From an uncultured delta proteobacterium (GTDB lineage: Bacteria; Myxococcota_A; Polyangia; Fen-1088), in NCBI GenBank assembly GCA_963767925.1, contig CAVYGB010000008.1:1376001-1440000 (forward strand): 64,000 bases of DNA, in the 5' to 3' direction. The notes under the pieces were generated by a model that made no database searches, was not told where the DNA came from, and saw nothing but the letters and a program-made list of their open reading frames with translations. The position numbers and the translations under genes are program-made. How positions within the stretch are numbered: position 1 is the first letter of the stretch; each line of letters starts with the position of its first letter. Below, piece after piece: positions 34,781 to 46,979 of this stretch.

Positions 34781-37700
34781 ATGTCGACGTCGACGCTTCG
34801 AGAGTATGAGCAGGCCCTGCAGACCGACCCGACGCTCACGGAGCCCTACCTGGCGCTCCGCAAGGCCTACGGTGAATCAAAGACCTGGGACAAGCTCATC
34901 ACCCTGTACGAGCTGCGGGCGCAGGCGCTCGAGGACGGCCCCAGGGCCAGCGAGCTGTTTTATCTGGCGGGCGAGATCCGGCTCGACCACATGGACGACC
35001 CGGAGGGCGCCGAGGCCGACCTGGCCCACGCCATCGACCGCGACCCCGAGAACCTGAAGGCCGCCCAGCGCCTCAAACACCTCTACCGGCAGCAGGCCCG
35101 CCACAGTGAATACATGGCGATGCTGGAGCTGGAGGCCGCGGCCCTGGCGCGCAGCCGGGACGCCGCCCGCATCGCCGACCTGGACCGCGAGCTGGGGCAG
35201 TTCTGCAAGGAGAGCCTCGGCAAGCTGGAGCGGGCGGCGACGCTGTCGACCTCCCAGCGCCAGGCCGAGGTGACGCCCGAGGCGCTCAAGCTGGTGGAGT
35301 CGGCGCGCAAGATCTACCGGGCCCTCGGCGACTTCCCCGCGGTGGTGAAGCTGTACGAGCTCGAGCTGGCCCTGACCTCGGAGGCCAAGCGGCGCAGCGA
35401 CCTCCTGCTGGGGCTGGGGCGGGTCCTGGGAGAGCGGCTCGGCGATCTGGAGGGGGCGGCCCAGCGGCTGGGAGAGGTGGTGCGGCTGCGCCCCCGGGAC
35501 GATCGGGCGCTCGAGGCCCTGGCGGCGGTGTACGCCAACCCGGCCTGGCTGGGGGCCGACGGCAAGGAGCAGGCGGCGACCATCTACCACCAGATCGCCC
35601 GCCGGCGCCACGAGGCCGGGGACCTGGAGAACGCCGTCTCGGCCCTCCGCAAGGCCCTGGCGGCGGTGCCCGGACACCCCCCCACCTCCGAGCTGATCGA
35701 ACACGTCCTCTACGGGGCGGCCCGCTTCGCCGATCTCGATCTCTACTACCGGGAACGGACGGCGGAGGCGCGCGACCTGGATGAGAAGATGGACTTTCTC
35801 TTCAAGCGGGCCCAGCTCGCCGAGGGCGATCGCAGCGATCCCGAAGAGGCCCTGCGCATCTACCAGGAGATCGCCGAGATGGAGCCGCCGGGGGGCCCCG
35901 CCTCGCAGCGGCTGGTCGAGCTCTACACGACGAAACAGGACTGGGCCCGGCTGGCCGAGCTCCGGGAGAAGCAGCTTCCTCACATCGAGGCGCCCGAGTT
36001 CCGCCTCACCGTCCTCACCGAGCTGGCCAAGCTCCACGGCGAGCGGCTCGGTGACGCCGAGCAGGCCGCGGTCTACTGGCACGCCGTCCTCAAGGAGAGC
36101 CCCACCCACCCCGAGGCGCTCGAGGCCTACGCCGAGCACTTCCGGCAGCGGGGCGACTGGCAGTCGCTGGTCGAGCTGCTGGACTTCTCCTTCGAGCACG
36201 CCCGGGGGGCCGGGCGTCCCCTGGCCGAGCTGCTCGAACGGCTGGAGGAGATCGCCGTCATCTCCGAGCGAAACCTGGGGGACAGCGACCGGGCCCTGCA
36301 AGCCTGGCAGCGGATGGAGGAGCTCGACGCCGGGCACGTGCGGGCCCGGGAGGCCCAGAAGCGGCTCCTGCAGAAGAACAAGCAGTGGGATCGGATGGCT
36401 GCCCTGCTCGAGCGGGAGGCCAACGCCGCCCCCGACGCCACCCAGAAGGTCGACAGCCTGCGACGGCTGTCGCGCGTCCTGCTCGAGAAGCTGAGCGACA
36501 GCGAGCGGGCGATCGGCGTCTACCGCCAGATCCTGGCCATCGAGCCCAGCGACTCGGTGGGGCTGCGGGCGCTGGCCGAGCTGTTCGAGCGGGAAGAGCG
36601 CTGGGCCGATCTGGCCGAGCTGCTGCGGGGGCAGGTCGAAGACACCCCGACCAAGCCGGAGAAGCTGGCCCTGCTGCGCCGGCTGCTCGGCCTCTATCAG
36701 GACCGGCTCACCGATCTCAGCGAAGGGTCCTGGGCGGCGGCCGAGATCCTCAAGCTGGCCCCGGGGGACCGGGAGGCGCTGGAACGGCTCGAGAGCATCC
36801 TCGAGCGGAGCGAAGATCCCGGGCGCCTGGTGGAGACGCTGGAGTACCACCTGCGCTACGTCACGGCGACCGACGAGAAGCTGCGCATGGTGCTGCGGAT
36901 CGCCGATCTCATCCAGAACCGCATCGGCGACGTCGAGCGGGCCACCCACTGGTGGGAGGAGATCCTCAAGCTGGCCCCCGGAGACGCGGCCGCCCTCGAC
37001 GCCCTGGCCGCCGCTTACCAGCAGCTCGGCCGCTCGGAGGAGCTGGCCCGGGTGCTGGAGACCCAGATCGCACAGCTCGGCCAGGACCCCACCGCCCGGG
37101 CGGCGGGCCTGCGGCGGCTGGCCCGGCTGGCGGGGCAGTCCCTCGCCGACCCCGACCGGGCCCAGCGGGCCTGGGAGGATCTGCTGCGGGCGACCCCCAG
37201 CGACAGCGAGGCGCTGGCCGCGCTCTCCGAGATCTACGCCAGCAACCGGGACTGGCGGGCGCTCGTCGCGATCCTCGAGCGGCGCATCCCCCTGGCCTCC
37301 GACAGCGAGGGGGCGGTGGCCCTGGCCCTCGAGCGGGCCCGCATCTTCGAGGAGGAGCTCGACATCCGCAGCGAGGCGATGGCCACCCTCGAGCAGGTCG
37401 TCGAGGAGATGGACCCCCGCTGCCTGCCGGCCTACGCCCGCCTGCGGCGGCTGGCCGAGGCCAGCTCGGATTGGGCCCGGGTGGTGGCGGTGGCCGAAAA
37501 GCAGCTCTTCCTCGAGGACGATCCCGCCGCCAAGGCCGGGCAGGCCCTCCAGATCGGCGAGCTGCTGCGGGATCGGCTCAACGACCCGCGCCGGGCCATC
37601 TCGGCCTACGAGCGGGCGGTCGAGATCGACCCCCAGAACCGGACCGGCCTGACCGCCCTGGCCGCCCTCTACGTCGAGGTCGGCGAGTGGCAGCGGCTCA

Positions 37701-40700
37701 TCGCCACCGACGAGAAGCTGCTCGAGCTGGCAGACCCCGACGACCGGACCACCCGCCATCGGCTGCTGCGGGAGATGGCCGACACGGCGGTGGCCAAGCT
37801 CGACGATCCCAAGCTGGGCTTCGACCTCTACCGCCGGGCCTACAGCGACGGGGGCGACGGCGGCAGCTTGAAGCGCCTGGAGGAGGTGGCGCGCGCCCAC
37901 GGCCTCTGGATCGACCTCGTGGAGGTGTACCAGGGGGCGCGAGCCCGAGCCACCCAGCCGGCCGACCAGGTGGCCATGTCCCTGAAGATCGCCGGCGTCT
38001 TCGAGACCGCCATGGGCAGCCCCGAACGCGCCTTCGACGTCCTGCGCGAGGCCCTCACGAGCGAGCCCCAGGGGCGGGCCCTTGTTGCCCGAGCTCGAGC
38101 GCCTGGCGGCGGCGGCGGACGAGTGGGCCGAGTTGCTCGACGTCTACGCCCAGGTGGCGCGCAGCCGGCCCGACCCGGCCGACAAGGTGGCGCTGCTGTG
38201 CAAGCGGGCCGCGGTCCACGAGCAGCACCAGCAGGACGCTTCCGCGGCCCTCGACGAGCACCTGCGGGCGCTGACCCTGGTGCCCGAAGACGAGACCGTG
38301 CGCGCGGAGATCGGCCGGCTGGCCGAGGCGACCGGACGCTGGGAAGACGCCATCGCCGTCGAGGCGCAGCGGTTCGCCCGGGCCACCGACTTCGACAGCA
38401 AGGTGGTGATCGCCTGCCGGGCCGCCGCGCTGGTCGAGGACAAGCTGAAGGACCGCCGGCGGGCCTTCCGGGCCTACCTCAACGCCTTCCGCCTGGCCCC
38501 CGAGAACCAGGGCATCGTGGCCCACCTGTGGCGGATCGCCTCGCTGCTGGAGCAGGACCGGGCCGCCGAGGACGCGGCGGCGGTCGAGCTGCCGGAGGAT
38601 CTGGTCGAGGAGGTCGAGGAGCTGGACGAGTCGGGGCGGCCCGGACGGGCCGGTCCAGCCAGCCTCTCGGCCTGGGCCGAGTTCGCCCAGGCCTACGAGC
38701 TGCTGCCCGCCACCGAGACGGCGGTCCGGCACCGCTACCTGCGGCGGGCGGCCGACGTCTGGGAGCGGGGAGCCAAGGACCTCCGCCGCTCGCTCGAGGC
38801 CCTCGAGCGGGCCTTCCGCTTCGACACCCGCAACGAGACCGTCCGGGGCGAGCTGCGCCGGATCGCCACCGAGCAGGACCGCTGGGAGGCCGTGTGCGCC
38901 ATCTTCGTGCGGGCGGCCGAGGTCTCGCCCCGCGAGGAGGCGGTGGCCCTGCACCACGACGTCGCCCGGTTCCACGAGGCGCTCGATCAGCACGAGCGGG
39001 CCGAGCAGAGTTATCAGTCGATCCTGCTGCTCAAGCCCGACGACAGCGCCGCCATGACCCGGCTCGAGGAGCTGTTCCGCAAGCAGGACCGCTGGGACGA
39101 TCTCGCCAGCTTGCTGGAGAAGCGGACAACCGGCTCGCTGCACCCGTTGCCTTCGGTCAGCACCCGGCGCCAGCGCATGCAGGAGCTGGCCGACCTCTAC
39201 GACCACCGCCTCGAGCGCCCCTACGAGGCCATCGACACCTACGAGCGGTTCGCCGACAGCACCGAGGAGGACGAGCGGGGCGCCGATCACCCGGACGTCG
39301 TGCGGGAAGCCTGCGACGCCCTCGAGGCGCTGGCCCGGCTGTACGCCCGGCTGGGGATGTGGCCCAAGGCGGTGAGCGCCCTCGAGCGACAGATCGACCT
39401 GGGCACTGAACGCGAGCGGCTGCGGGCCCTGCGCTGGCGCATCGGTGAGATGAAGGAGCGCGAGCTGGGGCTGCCCGACGAGGCCATCTCCTCGTACGAG
39501 GCCATCCTGGAGACCGCCCCCCACGACCTGGAGGCGCTCGCCGCCCTCGACCGGCTGCTCGACGCCCAGGGCCGCTACGAGCCCCTGCAGGAGATCCTCC
39601 GCCGGCGGGCCGAGCAGGCGCGCGGCTCGGACAAGATCGATCTCATCCGCCGGCGGGCCCGCATCCTCGAGGAGCGCCTGGGCAACGCCGACGCGGCGGC
39701 GGCCTGCCTGCGGGCCCTGGGCCCCGAGGCGGTCCGCGACGAGGAGACCGCGGCGGCCCTGCTGCGCAACCTGGGACGCGCTGGCCTGGCCCACGAGGCG
39801 CTCCGCCTGCTCGACCAGCGGATTGAATACCTGGTCAAGGATGGCGCCCCCGTCGACAAGGTGGCGGCGCTCCAGCTCGAGGCGGCGGCCCTGCGGCTCG
39901 ACCGGCTCGACGACGTGGACGGCGCCCGTCGCTCGATCGAGGCCGCGCTGGCCCTGCACCCAGAAAACCCCGGCGCGCTGGGCGCCCTGGCCCGGCTGCA
40001 CCTGCGGCGCAACGATTTCGCCTCCTACGCCAAGGCGCGGGCGCGCGAGGCCGAGGCCCGCCGCAGCGGCCCCGAGGCGGCAGAGGCCTGGCTGGAGGCC
40101 GGCCGGGTCCTCCGGGATCAGCTCGGCAAGCCGACCGACGCCCGCCGCTGCTTCGAGCGCGCCTCCGCCGCCGATCCCACCAACGCCTCGGCCCTGCGCG
40201 GCCTGGCCGCCTTGCTGACCGCAGAGGGGCAGCTCGGCGAGGCCCGCGCGGCCCTCGAGAAGCAGCTCGAGCTCATGGAGGAGCCGACCGCCAAGGCGGT
40301 GGTGCTCACCGACCTGGCCCGCAGCCTGTGGGAAAAGCCCGGCGACGCCGAGGCGGCCATCGCCCGCCTCGACCAGGCCCTCGAGCTGGCCCCCGACTAC
40401 CTGCCCGCCGTGGTCACCATGGCCGACGTGTATTACCGGGAGCAGCAGTGGGCCGAGGCCGAGCGCCGGCTGCTGCAGGCGGTGCGCCGCATGAAGGGCC
40501 AGCCCGGAGAGATGGCCCAGCTCTACCACCGCCTCGGGGAGGTCTACGAGAAGCTCGGCCGCCTCGACGAGGGGTACCGCCACCTGCAGGAGGCCGAGCG
40601 GATGATGCCCGGCCAGCTCCTGATCCGGCTGGCCATGGGCGAGAACCGCTTCCAGGCCAAGAAGTGGCGGGAGGCGACCGCCTACCTGCAAGAGCTGGCC

Positions 40701-42625
40701 GGTCACGCCGACGCCCACAAGTATCCGCTCGAGGTGGCCGAGGGGCTGGCCCACGCCGGCGAGGCGGAGGTGCGGCTCAAGCGGCCCGAGCGGGCCATGT
40801 TGCTTTACCAGGCGGCCCTGCGCCTGGTGCCCGATCACCACCCCTCGCTGCGGGCGATGGCCGATCTCGCCCTCGAGCGGGGCGAGCAGATCCAGGCCGC
40901 CCTGTACCTGCGGCGCCTGGCCGAGGGCTCGGGCGACAGGTCGGAGCGGGCCCGCCTGTTCGAGCAGCTCGGCGACGTGCTGGCGGCGGGCGGCGACAGC
41001 GAGGGGAGCTTGCGGGCCTACGAGGACGCGGTGGGGCTGCTCGATCCCCCGAGCGAGAGCGACATCCCCCTGCTCGACAAGGCGCTCTCCCTGCAGCGGG
41101 CAGCCGGCGCCGCCAAGGCCGCCGCCGTCACAACCCAGCGCCTGCTCACCTTGCTAAAGATCCCAAGGAGCGGGCCGCGCGCCGGCGCGAGGCGGCCGTG
41201 CTGCTCGAGGCCAGCGGCGAGCACGGCCAGGCCGGCGAGCTGCTCGAGCAGGCCCTCGCCGAGAACCCCAAGGACGAGGCGGTCCTGGCCGCCGTGGCCG
41301 CCGCCTACGAGCGGGCCAAGCGGCGCAACGAGCTCGAGCAGGTGCTGTCGTCGACCTTGCCCTACCTCGAGCCGGTGGCCGATGACCCGCGGGCGCGCAG
41401 CCGGCGGGCCGGCCTGTGGGAGAAGCTGGGAGAGCTGCGCCGCCGCAGCCACGACACGCGCAGCGCCATCGAGGCGGTGGAGAACGCCGTCGGCATCGAG
41501 CACGACCGGGTGAGCGCCCGCGTCCTGCTGGCCGGCCTGTACGCAGACAAGAGCGACTATGCCGACGCGGCCCTGGTCAATCGGCGCAAGCTGGTGGCCG
41601 CCGACGTTACCCAGGCCGAGTCGCTGCGCCTGCTGGGCCGGTCCTATGCCGGCCTGGGTCGCATCGACTGGGCCCGCTGCTTCTTCGAGGTGCTCGAGCT
41701 GTTCGGCCTCACCGAGAAGAAGGATCGCTCCTTCCTGGCCGCCCACCCCCCGCCCATTCGCAAGCCCGAGGACCCCTACGCCGCCAGCCTCGAGGAGGCC
41801 GACCGGACCCGCTACCTGGCCCACCCCGAGACGCGGGGGATGAGCGAGGTGTTCGCGGCGATCTGGGAAGGCGTCCCCGGGGTAGGGGGCCCCTCGGTCG
41901 AGGGGCTCGGCCTCACCCCCCTCGACAAGGTCTCACCCATCTCCGACGTCGTGATCGCCCAGATCTTCTCCCAGGTCTCCAAGGCGCTCGGCAACCGGCG
42001 GGCGAGCCTGTACGTCAGCCCCCAGGCGGGGGTGACCGGCCTGCGGGTGGTGGTGCCGCCGCCACCGGCCATCGTGGTGGGCCAGCAGCTCGTCGACGGT
42101 GACCCGAGCGAGCTGCGCTTCCTGATCGGACGGGCCCTCGAGTTCACCCGGGCCGAATACATCCTCGGCGCCGCCATGCCCGGCCCCGAGTTCAACCAGC
42201 TCTTCGCCACCGTGCTGCGGGCCTTCCACCCCCGCCACTCCCGCTGGCGCGCCGGCGACGCCAGCGGCGCCAACGAGCAGGCCGCCAAGCTGAAGAAGGC
42301 CCTCCCGTACAAGGTGTCCAAGCGGCTGGCCGAGCTGTTCCAGGAGCACGAGAACCGCCCCTTCAGCTCGGCCCGCTGGCGCGCCGTGGTCCACGAGACC
42401 GGCAATCGGGCCGGCCTTCTGACCTGCGGAGACCTCGCCACCGCCGCCCGGGTGGTCCTCCGGGAGACCACCCCCGACCGCCTCGAGCTCGGCCCCGACG
42501 TCTTCCTCGAACACGCCGCCCAGCCCGGCCCCCTGCGCGACCTGATCCGCTACGCCCTGAGCGAGGACTACTTCATCCTGAGGGAGGTCCTCGGCACCAG
42601 CGTGACCAGCGCCAAGGCCGCCTGA
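34781..42625 (+). CDS. Giant (~2600 aa) TPR/alpha-solenoid protein, myxobacterial AgmK-like architecture (frameshifts at ~38080 and ~41160)
   Basis: Continuous TPR-like repeats (A..Y...L..DP....AL..L..LY....W..L) over three successive ORFs; non-TPR C-terminal domain. Confidence 0.85.
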
Positions 42626-42629
42626 TCCG

Positions 42630-42658
42630 TTGACACCTCGTCCGGCGACGTCTATAAG
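42630..42658 (+). promoter_or_regulatory. Sigma70-type promoter of tRNA-Leu
   Basis: TTGACA-17 nt-TATAAG, 12 nt upstream of the tRNA. Confidence 0.75.
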
Positions 42659-42670
42659 CCCTTGCTCCCC

Positions 42671-42754
42671 GCGAGGATGGCGGAACTTGGTAGACGCACT
42701 AGCTTGAGGTGCTAGCGGTTAACAGCCATGGGGGTTCGAGTCCCCCTCCTCGCA
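42671..42754 (+). tRNA. tRNA-Leu (anticodon GAG)
   Basis: Acceptor stem GCGAGGA/TCCTCGC+A, D-loop GGTAGACGC, anticodon arm CTAGC-TTGAGGT-GCTAG, long variable arm, GGTTCGAGTCC T-arm; CCA not encoded. Confidence 0.96.
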
Positions 42755-42867
42755 CAGCGGCGAAAATCACTAGAGAACCCCGGAACGACCTCACCGACGG
42801 CCTCGCTGCTCCTCCGTCCGCCAGTCACCTTGCAGGTGAGACCGGGCCGGCGATGGATGCGCGCCTT

Positions 42868-43385
42868 TCAGGCGGCCGTGGAGCTCGTGCCGCCCGGGCG
42901 AGTTAGCGGGTTCGGCGGCTCGGTCGGTTGACGTCGGGCGAACCGGCGGGCGAGCCAGTCATCTACCGCAGGGGGCCCGGGGCTTCGGATGGCGATGACC
43001 AGGAACATGACGAGGTAGCTCCACTCCTCGAGGGCGAGGAGGTCGATGATGCCCTCCACGTCGCCGAGCCTGGCGGTCACGATGGCTACCAGCATGGTGA
43101 AGGCGAGGGGTAGGGCGGCCAGACGGGCGGCGAGGCCGATCAGGATCGCGACGCCGCCGGCGAGCCCGGTGCCGATGCGATGCGGGCGTTCAGAGCTGGC
43201 ATCGGGATGTGCAGGCTGGTGAGGAGCTCGGTCACGTCGTCGAGCGTGTTGAGCTTTCCCCAGCCGGTGCGGATGAACACCAGGCCGACGGTCAGGCGGA
43301 TGACGGCGGGGGCCAGGACCGAGAGCCGTTCGGTGAAGGAGAGAAGCCGCGTGCGGAGGTGGTCGATGCGGGATCCGCCGGTCAT
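42868..43385 (-). CDS. DoxX family membrane protein (frameshift near 43175)
   Basis: RLTVGLVFIRTGWGKL, then GGVAILIGLAARLAA...MLVAI...PG in the shifted frame. Confidence 0.78.
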
Positions 43386-43459
43386 GTTGTGGCCTCGTTT
43401 GTGGCGGGGGCAGTGTACTCCCGGGGGGCTCTGCAGCCTGGAGGGGGGACGCCCCGTCC

Positions 43460-43575
43460 GACAACGGCCACGGTCGCCAGAAGCGGGAGTGCTGATCCGC
43501 CCCCGCCGGGCGACGTGTTCGCGGCGCTGGTCGACCCGGACATCACCCCGAACTTCTCCACCGCAAGGCCGAGAC
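43460..43575 (+). pseudogene. N-terminal remnant of an SRPBCC/AHSA1-like gene
   Basis: LIR..PGDVFAALVDPDITPNF resembles the LIRRPV.EVFEAFVDP.IT..F start of this family; nothing follows. Confidence 0.45.
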
Positions 43576-43639
43576 TGCTTCGCGTCACGACGCGCATGGA
43601 GGCGAGCCCGGATAATTCCCCCCGGCCGTCTCCGACGCC

Positions 43640-44597
43640 ACCTATCCAGTGGTCCAGTACTGGCCGGAGTTCGGCGCTGCCGGAAAGGAGCAAATCCCCG
43701 TGCGCTGGCTGCTCTCGCACCAGGCCGGCCTGCCGATCGTCGACGGTCCCCTGACCTTCGAGGACGCCTGCGCCTGGCATCCGGTCATCAGGGCGACTCG
43801 AGGCGCAGAAGCCGCTGTGGAAGCCGGGCACGGAGCACCTCTACCACGGCATGACCTTCGGGTTCCTGGTCGGGGAGTGGTGCGGCGGATCAGCGGCAAG
43901 TCGCTCGGCACCTTCTTCGCCGACGAGGTCGCTGCCCCGCTCGGGCTGAGCGCCTGGATCGGGCTGCCCGAGGCGCAAGAGGGCCGGGTGGCCCGGGTCG
44001 ACGTACGCGGCACCGCTCTCGCTGGAGGAGATGACCGCCGGGATGATCGAGACCACCGGCCTCGACCGGGACACGGTCATCGCCTGGATGAGCGCGGTGT
44101 GGGGCCCGGACTCCGTGCAAATCCGCGCCGGCGATCTCGGCGGCGCCTTCGATCACACCAGCGGCTACATGAACACGCGCGCCTTCCGCGCGGCTGAGTT
44201 CCCCTTCGGCAACATGTTCACGGACGCTCGATCGCTGGCGCGGATGTATGCGGCCACGGTGAGCGAGGTCGACGGCGTGCGGCTGCTGAATCCGGCGACG
44301 GTCGAGAAGATGACCGTCGTCCAGACCGACAGGACGAAGATGAACGGTCTGCCGCCAGGTCTGGTCGTTCCGGCCAACCGCTCCTTCTACATGTCGCTCG
44401 GGTTCTGGCGGGCTTGCCCGCCGATGCCCTGGACCGGGCCCGCGTCGTTCGGCCACCCCGGCTCCGGCGGATCGGTCGGCTTCGCCGACCCCGATGCCGG
44501 TGTCGGCTTCGGCTACGTCATGAACCTCTGGTCCTTCCGGATCGGCGAGCCGCGCGCGTCGAACCTGGCCACGGCGGTCGCGGCCTGCCTCCGGTGA
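43640..44597 (+). pseudogene. Serine hydrolase (beta-lactamase/EstA family), 5'-truncated and frameshifted
   Basis: PVVQYWPEFGAAGK, LLSHQAGL, YHGMTFG, FGHPGSGGS...DPD; no SxxK-bearing N-terminus found. Confidence 0.75.
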
Positions 44598-44724
44598 CGG
44601 AAGCCTGAGCGCCGGTCTCTCCGGCGACGACTGGCCGAGCTGGCCCGCGCCAGAGCTTTTTCATCGAACTTCTTTTCCCGCCTCACCTATCTGCGGCGGC
44701 GGGAATGTGTCAGGTTGCGGCTCG

Positions 44725-45720
44725 ATGGCCAGGACCCAGGAGCTCTCGAACCTCGTGGAAGAAGGGGTGATCGACGCCATCCACGCGCAGCTCATGAGCG
44801 GCAAGGAGGCGACGGTGTATGTCGTCGAGCGCCAGGGGCACCTCGGGGCGGCCAAGGTCTACCGGGCCCGCGACGATCGGACGTTCAAGAAGGTGGCGAG
44901 CTACGTAGAGGGGCGGAACCAGACCCGAAATTCGCGGGATCGTCGCGCCATGCACAACAAGAGCTCCTACGGGCGCGGGTTGCTCGAGGAGGGCTGGCAG
45001 GACATGGAGTTCCGGGCACTGCGGGCGGCCTTCGATGCCGGTGTGCGGGTGCCCGAGCCATTTTTTCTCTACGAAAATGTCCTGCTGATGGAGCTGATCG
45101 TCGACGAAGCCGGTGCGCCCGCCAAGCGCCTCGCGGATTTCCCTTTCACGCCGGAGGAGGCCTGTGCGCTCCACCTGGAGATCTTCCTGCAGGTGAAGCG
45201 GCTGCTGGAGTCCGGCCTGATCCACGCTGACCTGTCGGCCTACAACGTGCTGATGGCCGCGGCGGGACCGACCCTCATCGACCTGCCCCAGGCGGTGGAT
45301 GTGGCAGGCAACAACAACGCCGGCCCGATCCTGCGACGCGATTTGCGCAACGTCACCGAACATCTGGCCCGCTTCGACGCCCGGCTCCTGCGCTTCGCCA
45401 ACTGCGGTGAGGCCCTGTTCCGGCACTGCCAGCGCGGCACGCTCGACCAGGTCACCGGCCCTGAAGAGAGCGCTCCGCAGTCGCCCCGTGGTGGTCGCCG
45501 CGGGCGGGACGCCGAGCGCGGGCGCGCCGGTCGGGAGAAGGGTCCCCGTCCAGAGGCGGTCCGGGCCAACCCGCCGGATGCGCCCCAGCCCCGCTTCCAG
45601 CAGCCGGCGAGGCCCGGCAGCGGTCCCCGCGGCCGTGAGGACCGCCCCGCAACACCCGGCGCGGCGGGCAACCGCCCCGGGCGACCGGGTCCATCCGGTC
45701 GACGACGTCGACCCGGGTGA
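44725..45720 (+). CDS. RIO1-family atypical Ser/Thr kinase with Arg/Gly/Pro-rich C-terminal tail
   Basis: SGKEATVY, AKVY, VRVPEP, LLMELI, IHADLSAYNVL, IDLPQAV. Confidence 0.9.
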   Translation: MARTQELSNLVEEGVIDAIHAQLMSGKEATVYVVERQGHLGAAKVYRARDDRTFKKVASYVEGRNQTRNSRDRRAMHNKSSYGRGLLEEGWQDMEFRALRAAFDAGVRVPEPFFLYENVLLMELIVDEAGAPAKRLADFPFTPEEACALHLEIFLQVKRLLESGLIHADLSAYNVLMAAAGPTLIDLPQAVDVAGNNNAGPILRRDLRNVTEHLARFDARLLRFANCGEALFRHCQRGTLDQVTGPEESAPQSPRGGRRGRDAERGRAGREKGPRPEAVRANPPDAPQPRFQQPARPGSGPRGREDRPATPGAAGNRPGRPGPSGRRRRPG

Positions 45721-46041
45721 GCGGACAGGCGAGCAACTCGGTGAAGGAAACAGGGCGGGCGCCGCACCTGGAGCGGCCCCACCCTGCTCACGGCAACACA
45801 GGGTAATACTGCGTGAACACGTGGTCGGTCTCGGCGTGGTCATCGTGGCATCGGAAGCAGGCCGATCGGGGAAAGGGACGGGCGGTGCCTCCGGTCGCGG
45901 TGGGACCGCCGTCGAAGCTACTGTCCCCGGGCGCCCGCTGCCCGCGCGGCCCTCGCGCTGGGTGTGAACGCCCTCGCGATGTTCGGCGGGCTCGGCTGCA
46001 AGGAGGGAGCCTCCTGGTGCCAGCGCGCCGGTTGAATCAAC

Positions 46042-46847
46042 ATGCCTGCCGCACGAGACACTGACCCTCAATCTTTCCAGCATGCCGTCCCCCAGGCCAC
46101 GCTCGACGACCTTCGCGAGCGCCTGCACCGCACGCGCTGGACCGACGACCACGAGGGACCGGGTGGAGCTACGGCACGAGCCTCGGACACCTGCAGGAGC
46201 TGGCCGCCTGCTGGCTGGAGTTCGACTGGCGCGCGCGCCAGGCGAAGCTGAACCAGTATCCCTGGTTCACGGTGACCATCGACGGGCAGGAGCTGCGGTT
46301 CATCCACCAGCGCGGCAAGGGGCCCAGCCCGATCCCCATCGTCCTGATTCACGAATGGCCGGACTTTTTCCAGCGCTATTTGGAGGTGCTTCCGCTCCTG
46401 GCGGACGGGTTCGACGTGGTGGTGCCGGCGCTGGTCGGCTTTCCGGGCAAGCGGGTCGCGCCCAGCCCCCACCTCTTCAAGGACATGACCGATCGGATCG
46501 CGCGGCTCATGACCGAGAAGCTGGGGCACGCGCGCTTCGCCGCCGCGGACGGCGATCTGGGCAGCCCGCTGTCGCGGCTCCTGGCGGTGAACAACCCCGG
46601 GTGGGTCATCGGCGTCCACCTGACCGACGTCGGCTTCCAGGCCACCATGGCCAAGTATACGGACCTGTCGCCCGAGGAGCAGCAGTACCTCGGGACGCTG
46701 CAGGCGGTTGATGCCGAGGAGACCGCCTACGCCCTGCAGATAGCCACCCGGCCGCAGACGCTGGCCTACGGCCTCAACGACTCCCCGGTGGGTATGACCG
46801 CCTGGATCGTCGAGAAGATCCGGATCGCGCTCCCGGGCGGGGCGTAG
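46042..46847 (+). pseudogene. Epoxide hydrolase (EHN + alpha/beta), frameshifted and 3'-truncated
   Basis: LDDLRERLHRTRW, FDWRARQAKLN, FIHQRG, IHEWP, GDLGS, RPQTLAYGLNDSPVG..AWIVEK, then an early stop. Confidence 0.75.
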
Positions 46848-46979
46848 CTCGGATACCCAGCCCTCCGATCACGGTGGCCGTCCTCGACGGGCCGGACCGC
46901 CCGCCGACGCCATGCGCTAGGCGCTTCCCGGCTCACGTCTCACGTCGAACGTGGGTTAAGGTGCTCGCGGAGGACAGTC

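Noticed and set aside
34877..40841. Long antisense ORFs (also 31465-34839, 52494-55886, 58757-61738 and others)
   Set aside because: Shadow frames of high-GC3 genes with no recognisable motifs
45721..46041. Terminator or small membrane gene after the RIO kinase
   Set aside because: Hairpin at ~45751-45786 lacks a U-tail; hydrophobic peptide fragments have no consistent frame or start
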